Shown piece by piece: positions 21,228 to 35,100 of a stretch of 49,261 nt of DNA. The stretch comes from Ministeria vibrans ATCC 50519. Its lineage: Eukaryota > Protista > Filasterea. Position 1 is the first letter of the stretch. Each line of letters opens with the position of its first letter. Location: the NCBI GenBank assembly GCA_943704425.1, contig CALSCP010001513.1:22016-71276 (forward strand), in the 5' to 3' direction. The position numbers and the translations under genes were made by a program. A model generated the notes under the pieces. It did not search any database, had not been told where the DNA came from, and was given only the letters and a program-made list of their open reading frames with translations.

Positions 21228-23169
21228 ATGGGCGGTGGATCTCGACCTGGTGGCTCGCGTACGGCAGCCAACAAGAACGAAAATGCCGGCGAAGATGTTC
21301 ATCAGCGCATTCTGCGCACCGTCTACGGGTTCTACAAGAACGAAGAGGCCGGTATGTTGTCGTGGGCGTGCCTGTCGACTGCTCCCTTTCTCTCCTGCTG
21401 CCTCGCGTCTCCTCTTCTTTTCGTTCTCGTCAAAAAATGTTTCACGCAAAATGAAATCGACACGTCTGTCGAAACAGCTTGAGCCTTTCCGCGCCATTGT
21501 GCGCATCCCGATGTGTCCCAACTGTTAAGATACGTCTGTGCATGTGCCCCTCGACGCACACCCGTCTGCGTGCGTCCCTCCAACGCGCTCCATTTTTCAA
21601 AAATATTAAAAAAACCCCTCTCGCCTCTCACCCCGTCAGGCCTTGTCAAAATCGCGGGCGAACTGGACCACAAGCTGCTGGCACCGCGGAAAAAGATCTC
21701 TGTGGTGCTGATTGGAAACCACTCGGCGGGCAAGAGCTCCTTCATCAACTGGTACGAGAGAGGGCAGTGCGGCGGAGTGTGTGTGTCTCACTGTGCATCG
21801 CACACTTGCAGGTATGTGGAGGAGCACGTCCAGAAGACGGGCGTTGCGATCGAGACCCAGGGTTTCACACTGGTGACAAGTGGCAAGAAGCGCGAGACGC
21901 TTAAGGGACCGGCGACGCTCCATTTGTTCCCTTACTTCTCAGCCATTGGTCAACTCGCTGGTACGAATGCACTGCATGCCGATCAATTCAATTAATGGTT
22001 TTTATTTATTTATTAGGCGTCGAGTCCAAACTGTGCACGGAAATTTCCACGTCAACAGCAAAGAATTTCCCTCTGGCGACCTTTATTGACACTCCGGGTC
22101 TTGTCGACGGGAAGATGCAGTAAGAATGAAAACAACGTATGAGACTGAGTTGGTTGGGCTAACTCACACGGCAAAGGTACACGTTTGACGTGGACAAGGC
22201 GGTGATGTGGCTGGGCGAGCAAGCAGATCTGGTGTTTGTGTTCTTTGATCCGATTGGTCAGGCGCTGTGCGACCGCACAATGAATGTCATTGAGGCGCTC
22301 AACAAGACGTGCGGGCAGAAGCTGCACTTCTTCTTGTCCAAGGCAGACTCCATCGACGATGAGAGCGACCGCCAGAAGGTCATTGTGCAGATCACTCAGA
22401 ATCTCACGCAGCGCATTGGAAACCGCCAGTTTGATCTGCCGACCATTTTTATACCGGCCAAAGAGTCGGGCAAAACCGCGAAGGTACTGCAATGGGTGTT
22501 ACACGTGTGTGTGTGTCTGCATTCCTGAAACCATTTTGTAGGTGAAGAACAACATTCAGGATGCGTGTAAACTGGTGGACGAGACGATCAAGCAGACGGT
22601 GCAGAACACACTGGACACGCTCGAGGACGACTGCAAGACAATTGCAGGCCTGATTGATGCACGGATCGCGAAGAGTGACGCGCACTGGAGACGCAACGTC
22701 AAGGGGCGGTTGCAGGCAGTGGTGCTGTTTATGCTGGGGGCACTGCTCCCGCTCCTGCTTCTGGCCCACGTCATTGTTGTCGTCTTCAAGGACGCCATGG
22801 TCAAGAACCTTGAGCCGAGCGCGACGGAGTTCGTGTTTGCGCTGAGCGATGTGGTGACTGCGCTAAGCGATGCGCTGCCCATGGCGTCCATGTACAAGGC
22901 AGGCCTGGCCGTCCTGCTGCCACTGGTGCTGCTCTATGTTGCCATGCTGCGCTGGTCTCCCCTCCCTACCCTCACCGGTCGCGAGCGCCGTGTCTGGGGC
23001 GACCGCAAGGTCCTTGTTCAGAGCACCCTCATTGCCCATAAGAAGCAACTGTAATTCAACAACGAGAGGGAACGACTTTAGCTGCTGATCGGTTTTTTTG
23101 TGTGTTTTCTGTTTTTTTAGGTACCAAGACTACTTTAAGGAGTGCGTGGGTGATCGTGATCTCGACTGA
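21228..23169 (+). CDS. Dynamin_N/EHD-like P-loop GTPase with C-terminal transmembrane segments
   Basis: GNHSAGKSSFIN (G1), TGVAIET (G2), FIDTPG (G3), FFDP and LSKAD (G4). Two hydrophobic C-terminal helices. Confidence 0.85.
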
Positions 23170-23244
23170 TTGGTGATAACACACTATAAATTACAGTATT
23201 GAGTGAAAAGTAAAATTATTAGTCGAAATTTTGAAAGGGTGCAG

Positions 23245-23285
23245 NNNNNNNNNNNNNNNNNNNNNNNNNNNNNNNNNNNNNNNNN
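23245..23285. other. Assembly gap (41 N) flanked by GGGTGCAGTCTGCG tandem units
   Basis: N run with agggtgcag on both sides and a second copy about 30 nt downstream. Confidence 0.95.
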
Positions 23286-23474
23286 AGGGTGCAGTCTGCG
23301 ATTTAAAAATTTCAGGGGGTGCAGTCTGCGTTTCTCCCTAGATTTTAGTTCAGTAGTCAAAATAATCAAATTTTAAATTTATATCACTCATCACTACTCC
23401 AACGTGAGAACTCGCGTGGTTGCTTGTATTGTTCTGTTTGGGGAACACGGCGATCGACGAACTGCAGTGAAACG

Positions 23475-23814
23475 ATGACGGCAGTGCGACGAGTGCTCAT
23501 CTTTCTCTCCGCCGTCTTTTCCCTTTGGATTGTCGGCTTACAGCTGCTGCCTTCGCCGAGTCCTTGGCGTGAGGTCCTCGAACCTTTTCCTTTACTTCTC
23601 CTTGTCGCACTCGGCTCCTATGCATTTATTAAAATTGGGTAAGACGAAATGCTTTTGAGACAACGCCCGAATTTTCGTGCCTTGCTTCGTTTGCCCTTCT
23701 CGTCGCAGGTGGGGAGTGCTTACGTTCAACGATTGCAACGACGCGTCTGCAGAACTGGCCAGTGAGATTGACGAGGCCAAGCGCGAGCTAGCAAGTCGCG
23801 GTGTGCTTCAGTAG
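23475..23814 (+). CDS. DPM3: Dolichol-phosphate mannosyltransferase subunit 3, 2 exons
   Basis: Two TM helices, then LGSY..IGWGVLTFNDC.DA..EL..EIDEAK.EL..RG. Confidence 0.92.
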
Positions 23815-24031
23815 GCGAAGGAGAAAAAATGTACAATAGAAGTTTCCAACTTTCAGCTTTCTTTCAACAAGCGTGTTGATACAGTGGAAGCCATAGTGTC
23901 CTGGGTCGACCAGATGCAGAACGAGCATGTATAAGTCGTATTGCGGCGGGTTAATTGGATAAGTCGTTTGCGATTGATTAATTAGATATAAGTGTAATGT
24001 GAAAAAGAAGCAACAGAAAAGGTGCTCGTGC

Positions 24032-27449
<3,418 letters not shown>

Positions 27450-27655
27450 GGAACTCATAACAAGTGACGCTTAGAAACACCACCGACGTATTGACTCTGT
27501 TGAGAAAAATACAGTCGGCAGGAAACAATAAGAATAGTTTTGTAATTTGTTTTTGTGATTCAAGTGATTCGGTCCGAACACCTGTGGTCTCACTTCCAAA
27601 TTCAGTCTGCACTCGGCACTCGGTAGTCAAACAGTTTTTCATTCGTTTCATTGAC

Positions 27656-28759
27656 ATGGATGCTCGTAAAGATGATCTTCGAGCAATTCAGAAACTAAAG
27701 GATAGCGCCAAGGTTTGTGAATGTGTCCGAGTTTTGTGTTTCTTTGAAAAACGATTTGCGTGCCGTAGGAAATGGAAGGATGTCTCTCGTCGATTCGCTT
27801 CGACGACCCCACCATGACCTGGTAAGCTTCCTCAAACTTGCCATCGGTTTGTTGTTTCTTTCTCACTCTATCACTTTGTTTCGTTCTCAATCTCTCTCTG
27901 TCACTCCCAAACTCTCTCTCTGTCACTCCCAAACTCTCTCTCTCTCTCTGTCACTCCCAAACTCTCTCTCTCTCTCTCTCTCTGTCACTCCCAAACTCTC
28001 TCTCTCTCTCTCTCTCTGTCACTCCTCTCTCTCTCTCTCTCCCTCTATCACTTTGGTTCTCTCTTCCTCGCTCTGTATCAAACACGCAGGGGAACGGGAG
28101 CCGATCGATTTTCGTTGATGAACAAACTGGCGACGTTTCACAGTCAGGCAGTCGCCATGACGAAAAGAATAGCAGAGTCGCCAAGCCTCCACCAGGTGAG
28201 AGTCGACGCAGTTGACAAGAAACGGCTAAACATGAGCAACCCTCAGATCACGGTAGTGCCGTCGCGAATGTCGCACGCACCCAACGACGACCTGTCGACT
28301 GCGACTGGCGGAGCACTCAGGACCCTCGAGCCATTTCATGTGTCAAGTGTCCTGATGCGAACCAAACTTGATGAAGAAATGGAGTCGGTCGTGGCGGAGA
28401 TCAAACGTGCCGGTGACCTTATCGAGTCGAGTAATCTCAACAACATTAATTTTTTATGTTTTTCAAACTATTCAATGTGCACTTTCGTTTTCTTTAGCGC
28501 CAGAGCAAGTTGAGGAATTTAACGAACGCATCGATGCAGCCAGACGGATTTTGACGCAACTTGTTGATGATCTGAGCCAGAGACAATCAGCGGTACACCA
28601 AATATATATTAAACACAACCCTAACCCTCACCCTAACTATTTTGTTTTGGTTTATTCAAGGCTGTTGATCGCGTATTCTCGGCCGACGACGCGACAGTGA
28701 ATGCACGAACGAGCGCGCTTGTAGCGGCAGTGACCATTGGCACTGGGCTCGACCAGTAA
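27656..28759 (+). CDS. MED8: Mediator subunit 8, about 6 exons
   Basis: MTWGTGADRFSLM, VVPSRMS...DLSTATGG, LMRTKLDEEME and C-terminal TSALVAAVTIGTGL parallel MED8 (LTWPSVLDSF, LRTKPDPEVE, TNALVAAVAFGKGL). Confidence 0.8.
27895..28030. repeat. Intronic tandem repeat CTGTCACTCCCAAA(CT)n
   Basis: Four to five copies in a MED8 intron, flanked by ctatcactttg units. Confidence 0.9.
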
Positions 28760-28848
28760 TGAGAAGAAAAGAAAGCGAGATGGAGAAGCAAAGGAGAGAA
28801 AAAAAAAAGTGTATTTCAAAAGAGGAAGTGTGGAGTGTACGGTTGTGA

Positions 28849-30645
28849 CTAGGCTTTCTTGTACGCCTTCATCTTCCTGCGCATAATATCCTCAATGGGT
28901 CCCAGCAGTCGCGTGAAGCGGTCGCGCTCCAGCTTGACCACCTTGAGCTTACCCGAGGCAGTCACAGTCGCAACACGTTGCTACAACCCGAGAAGGAATT
29001 GGATTAATGAATGGAAAGGAGGTGTGATGTATGTTATGTCGCTTACGCCGTCCTTGTTCATGAGGGCAACTTCGCCAAAGTAGTCGGCGGGGTTGAGCGT
29101 GCCCACCTCCTTGGTCTCGCCCTTGTCGTTCTTCTGCGTCACTGTCGCAGCCCCCTCGACGATAATGTAGAAGTGGTGACCCTCCTCGCCCTGTTTCACA
29201 ACCACGTCGCCGTCGTCAAACGACTGCGACTCAAGTGCGTCCGCCACCGTCAGTCGCTCCCACTTGTCCAGTCCCTCCAGCACAGGCACTTTTTCGAGGA
29301 AGCTCTCGTACAGTTTGCGCTTGCGAATCGTAGAGCCCATCAGAATTCGACGGTACGAGTCCCGATCAATCGCCCAGCATGTAGTCTGTGTCTTTGCCTA
29401 CAAACCCAATCAAACCAGACACCCCACAAGCGGTTCAGTTTTTTCATCATCACTTTGTTTCTATTCCCTTCATCTCTCTCTTCTCCTCTCTCTATCACTT
29501 TGTTTCTATCCCCCTTCATCTCTCTCTTCTCCTCTCTCTATCACACACACACACACTTACGACGCATGTAGCGGCGCGCGGCGTGCCATAGATGAGTGCA
29601 AGTTCACCAAACGAGGCGCCCGACGTGACAGTGGCCACCACAGCCGGCTCGCCGCCGTCCTTGGCCACCTTGATCTCTACCTCGCCCGACTCAATCACAT
29701 AAAAGTTGTCGCCTTCGTCGCCCTGTGTGATAATCGCCTCGCCCGGCTTGTGCGTGCTCTGGAACATCGCGTCAAACAAGTCCTTGCGCTCGTCTTCCTC
29801 CAAGTGCGCAAACAACACATTCTTGCCCATGGCATTTTGCAATGATGACATTGTTTCTGCGTCCTGTTCAAAAAAAAAATTTATTATTATTGTAATAATT
29901 GTCAAGAGAGATCGCGCAGATCAGGCTCGAGGCAGTGCATAGCCAAGAGAGAAAAAAAAAAAAAAAAAAAAAAAGGAAACAGCAACACTGTAACAAGTTG
30001 GAGTGGATATACGCAACAGGACTGCCCACTGGCGACGGGCACCAGGCGAGGCGATGACCGTGACAAGCAAATGCAAAGAAACAACTTTCATCCTGCAAAC
30101 GCGCGCCAGAGCGCACCACGGCGCCCACGAGGGGGGCACCACCACGCACTATGCCACTGGCACCCCATGCAGGGGCATCCACGCCTGCCAGGCAGACCAT
30201 AGAGCAGTCTGTCGAACTTCTCTTTTTTCAAACGAAAAAAAAACCCCATTCCTCAATACACACAATGGCGCCTCGCAGTCTTGCGCGCAACAGTACACTG
30301 GCACGCAGCATATCCCACCCGTAGACGTACTATCCGAATCGTGCTGCAGAAAAGGCCCTTTTTTTTTTTTTTTTTCTCTCAAACTTTTACGCTTCTTTGT
30401 CGAACCAACGGGGACACGTCCGCGAGCGAATAGGCCCACAATACAAACGGAATGCAAGGAGGACGCGCAGGCGAGAGCCATAGGGAGGCGCAAACGTCGC
30501 AAGAGCGGAAACAAACGAAAAAACGAGAGAACTTAGAACGAACCTTAGGGATCACTTTCTTCTCGTAGTTCTCAGCCTCTTCTTCGGTCATGACCGATGC
30601 TGACACGCCACCACGGCGTGCTCGAAGTGACGGTTTTGCCTCCAT
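28849..30645 (-). CDS. cAMP-dependent protein kinase regulatory subunit, about 295 aa; exons 30645-30544, 29863-29561, 29397-29047, 28980-28849
   Basis: Pseudosubstrate RRGGVSA and two CNB domains ([15 protein letters not shown]; YFGEVALM...QRVAT). Confidence 0.95.
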
Positions 30646-30778
30646 CCTATGTATGTGTGTGTGTGTGTCTAATTGAATGATCAAAAATCTAACAATCTAA
30701 AAATCTAAATGAAATTGATGAGTTGATCTTGGAGAGCAGTCAGAGCACCGGCCACACTTAATTTGACCGCTACGAAGA

Positions 30779-31760
30779 ATGCCTAGCAGCGTACAGGACG
30801 CCACACAGTCCCTCTTGAAGGCCTACACGTCGGGCACAGATGCTCGCACCAAAATCATCGACATCTATCTCTTGTACATTCTGGTCCGGAAAAAAAAGAA
30901 GAAAAAAACGCGTCAAAGTAGCAATTGGTGTTGGTGTGGATCGCCACGGAGGCGTTGAATCGAGCGTGGATTGGGCGTGTGGACATGCTCGTGGGCGTGC
31001 CGGGCGGGTGCGTGCCCTGCTTCGCTCTGCGTGCGTGGCCCGCAACTCAATCGAGGCTGTCTCGCCCGCCTGTGCGCCCCCCCCCCCTCGTCGCTACAGT
31101 CCCGCACGACGCCCGTCGAGTGTCGCTTCAAGCACCCGTCGGCCGTCTCGCTGCCTTCCCTGTCTCTCTCTCTCTGCTCTTTTGTGCTCTTTTTTGTCTT
31201 CTCTTCTTTGTTTGCGTCTGCGCATATTCGCTCTCTGTGCACATGTCCACGTCTCTGTATGAGTGAGGGCATTGTGAAGGAGAGGAGGAAGGGTCTTTCG
31301 TCCTCTCTGACACGTTTCCGTTTTTCCTCTTCAATTGTGATGACTTCTTGGCGTCCCATTGAGGCATTCTGCCGTTGTGCTGCGTCCAGCCCCCGTGCCT
31401 TGCACTCGTTTCTATCCATTGCTCTTTTTTGTTAGAGTTTGTTACACCGTTTTTTTCTTCTTTTTTTGAGATGTTGTGACTGACATTTGTGTGAAATTAT
31501 TTTGTCTCTTGTTTTCCCTTTAGTTGAGTGGAGCGGCACAGTTTGCCTACTGCGGTCTGGTGGGCACGTTCCCGTTCAACTCGTTCCTGGCCGGGTTCAT
31601 TTCGTGCGTGGGCTCGTTTGTCCTGACTGTCTGTCTGCGTCTGCAAGTGAGCAACAAGAACAAGGACAAGTTTGCGGGCATCTCGGAGGAGCGTGCCTTT
31701 GCCGACTTCCTCTTCTGCTCCATCGTGCTCCACTTTGTCGTCATGAACTTCCTTGGATAA
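30779..31760 (+). CDS. DAD1: Oligosaccharyltransferase subunit DAD1/OST2; exons 30779-30883, 31524-31760
   Basis: [32 protein letters not shown] and [17 protein letters not shown]. Confidence 0.97.
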
Positions 31761-32149
31761 ACGAATAAACAAACGACCCTGTAACAAACAAAACTGAAAC
31801 TAAAGAGGGACACAAACGTGAACAATTGTGTTTGATTGTCAAAAGGCAATGGGCGCAACATGGATAAGTTGAACGATGGCGTATGGTAGGGGAGCGCCAT
31901 TGAGACGGCTGTTGTCTGGCAAAGAAAGCGCTGCCCAGAACTGTACTGAGCGGGAGAGTGCGTTCCATCGCAGTGGGCCCACAAGCGTACAAGAGAGGAA
32001 AGCGTAGAGCAACGCAAAGAGTCTGATAGAGTGCGAGAGAGAAGAAGGAGAAGGCCGTGATGGACGGCGCATTGCGATTCTGGCTGATGACAACATAATA
32101 CACAGTCTGAGTATGTACAATTATTATTAATATTTTACAAAGTTCGGTG

Positions 32150-32374
32150 TTAGAGCCACTTCGCTTCGACTGGCCGGGCGCTGGAGACGACTGCAGCGGA
32201 CTGAGGCGGGCCCGTGAGAGGACTTCTCTCGTCCAGCGACGCATACGTGTTGCGAGACACGGTGGAACGTGAGCGAGGACGACTGGCTGACGAAAGCGAG
32301 GGCGACCGCCGGCTGCCACGCCTCCCTTGCGGTGCGCGAGGCATGCAGCACGTTTTGTATAGAGCTTGGCCCAT
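32150..32374 (-). CDS. Small 74-aa ORF with MG..CC acylation-type N-terminus
   Basis: GC-rich ORF bounded by AT-rich flanks. MGQALYKTCCM is followed by an R/S-rich tract. Confidence 0.45.
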   Translation of the reverse strand: MGQALYKTCCMPRAPQGRRGSRRSPSLSSASRPRSRSTVSRNTYASLDERSPLTGPPQSAAVVSSARPVEAKWL

Positions 32375-32544
32375 AGAGCAAATAAATAGACTGAACTTAT
32401 GAGTTATGTTTGAACTTTCAAGTTCTTAGTTCAAAAAATGTTCGCAGTTCGGTGACAGAACTGACATTATTTATACTTCGCTGCGTTACATTGTCATCTT
32501 CTTGAGTAAACTTTCACTTCATTTACTCATATTTATACTCTTTA

Positions 32545-34967
32545 TTACAATACAGTCTCTTCGCGAAGATAGTGGTTTCTTCGGCCATCCATTATATTCT
32601 CAAGTGTGCGGGCGACGCTTCCAGTGCGGGCGAGGTCACTCAGGACTGCCTCGCGTGGAATCGTCGGAAAGATTTCCTGCACTTGACGAGCCTGTACATA
32701 GGAAAGAGAGAGAGGGGGTGGAGAACGAAAGAAACAAAGTGGCAGAATGGGTGTTTGTGTGAGAGACTTTTACAGGTGCACTCAGATGCAATACCATGTC
32801 AACGACAGTAGGAACGCGTGCGGCGAGAAGCAGCTCACGCGCACGCTCGTCGTCCATCAGACCAGTCCCTATCAATAAACCAACTCAGCACGCACAAAAA
32901 AAACTCTCTTGAGATAACGTCACAAAGTGCACACCACATACACACACCACATACACACACATCCGCGCACACCACATACACACACACACTCTCTCTCTCA
33001 TACACATATACATACATACCATCCTGATGGGCCTGTTGAGGAGGGGGCGGGGTGGGCCGCCCATCCGCCCTCTGGTGGCGGTGGTGCTGCTGCTGCCCCA
33101 ACAGCCAGCGCCACCACACACCCCAAGCCGCCAGTGACGCCCCTCTGCGCCCCCCTGCCCTCTCCTCCGGTGCCTCTCGCGGCGACTCCTCGCCTCCCAG
33201 CGCAATGCGACAGTACGGACACGACCGACTGCGCTCGAGCCATGCACGCAGACACCCCGCATGAAACAAATGTCCGCACGGCAAAACCTTGGCACTGTTC
33301 ATGGTCTCGCGACAGATGGCACAGTCGTCATTGTTGGCCTTGAGTGCTTCCTCCGTCGCATCGCCATACGCAAAGTCAATGCTCCAGTTGGCCCGTCGGA
33401 AGTTCAAATGCGACACAATGCGTCGACGAAGCGCAAGAAACACCGACCGCATGTTCAACAGAAGAACAACGTCAATGAGCGTCAGCGTGAACCCGTGCAA
33501 CAACTAAAACCAAATCATTGTTACTTCACACACACAAACACATCTTTTTTTCTATCAATTTGCTTCTCTCTCTATCACTTTGTTTCTTTCTCCTTTCTCT
33601 CTATCACTTTGTTTCTCTATCACTTTGTTTCTCTATCACTTTGTTTCTCTATCACTTTGTTTCTCTATCACTTTGTTTCTTTTTCTCTCTCTCTATCACT
33701 TTGTTTCTTTCTCTCTCTCTCTATCACTTTGTTTCTTTTCTCCCTCCTTCCTCCTTTCTCTCTCGCTCTCTATCACTTTGTTTCTTTCTCCTTTCTCTCT
33801 TTCTCTCTCTCTCGATATTCTTTCCCTTTTCCCTCTCTCTCTCTATCACTCGATGTTCTTTCTCCCTCCTTTTCACACACACACTCTCTCTCTTCTTTCC
33901 TTACCAAGATGTGCCAGTAATGAGCGAGCGTCAAAAGATGTACAGTAACATCGGTGTACAGCTCAATGTGGTACATGGCAAGAGAGCGATGCTCGTACGC
34001 ACTGGTCCCTTGTCCGTTGCGCGTGTCGTACAGGTGCACCGCAAGCTTCATCAGTGTCTGTGCACTCTCCACACACAGAATCACACACTATGCACAGGTT
34101 GTTTTTCTTACAATATCTCAATCATCCCAATATGTTGCGTACTTCACAGGTGAGCAGCAGTATGAGCGACCATCCGCCCCCTTGAGTGCCGCAAAAGTAC
34201 ACACACGCCGCACACCAGAGCGGAATGATAAACAGAATCGTCGCCAACGACGGAACAATCCGCTTGTGATCGTCGGGTCGTGAGCCAGAGGGAAGTGCAG
34301 TGATCTACACAAAGATATGGATTCTTCTTATTCGCTACAAAAATACACTACCAAGCTGTTTCGTTACGTATTCGAAGCGATCGCGACAGAGCAACGAAAA
34401 GACTCGCAGGAAGCCCAGCAATGAAAAGTACGAGGTCCACAGCAGCAGCTCAAGCATCACCGGTTCCATCAGAGCCCCGATACAGACAATTTTGAACAGG
34501 ATAATGTTCAAGAGTCGCTCGTACATGGACTATACACATCACATCACCACACATATACATAGCACAAGAGTAAGTTTTTGTTGTGTGCTCCTTTTCGCTT
34601 TCTCAGCACATTCCGTCACCGTACCTGCCGCTCACTGTGTCGCAGTTCACCAAATACCATGTGCTGTATGGCTATGGCCACGTGGATGAAGATGCAGTAA
34701 GCGCTGTTGACCTGAAGAACATTCAATTGCGTTTTTTTCAGACAGCGAAGTAAACAATGTGCTTTGTTTGGTTTTCTCGCCACGTACCAGCACAAGCGTG
34801 TGTAGTACACTCAATGAGCGCGCCGTCTCGATGATAAACCGCGCCGGCAACTCCAAGCGAACTTGCGAGAACCACTCTCCATTGCGGATCAAAAGCACCG
34901 GCTCAACCGCAATAGCCAGCACTGCCGCCATGCTCGCAAGCGAGTATATGGCCAGTGCACTCGGCAT
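32545..34967 (-). CDS. AMFR: gp78/AMFR-type ERAD E3 ligase (TM region, RING-H2, CUE)
   Basis: FGELR..E, LCRDRFEY, CAICRE..CGHLFH..CL..W...CPYCR and CUE VQEIFP.IP..DLARTGSV..T.ENI. Confidence 0.9.
33570..33850. repeat. Intronic minisatellite (CTATCACTTTGTTTCT)n
   Basis: About 9-10 copies in an AMFR intron, several as perfect 16-nt tandem units. Confidence 0.95.
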
Positions 34968-35100
34968 GGCAAGTCAACGATTAAAATGAACAGTCTGAGT
35001 ATCGATTATCGAAATTTAAAGTACGACGAGTAGTTTTTTTGTACAGTTTTAGATTGATTGATTTCCCACGATTCCCGCGTGTTAGCTGTTGATAATTGAT

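Noticed and set aside
31330-31485. C/D box snoRNA candidate in the DAD1 intron
   Set aside because: GTGATGA is present, but the only CTGA is far away at the likely branch point, with no terminal stem or recognisable guide.
33261-34153. Hydrophobic ORFs such as LSITLFL/YHFVS repeats
   Set aside because: These are translations of the intronic minisatellite, not membrane proteins.
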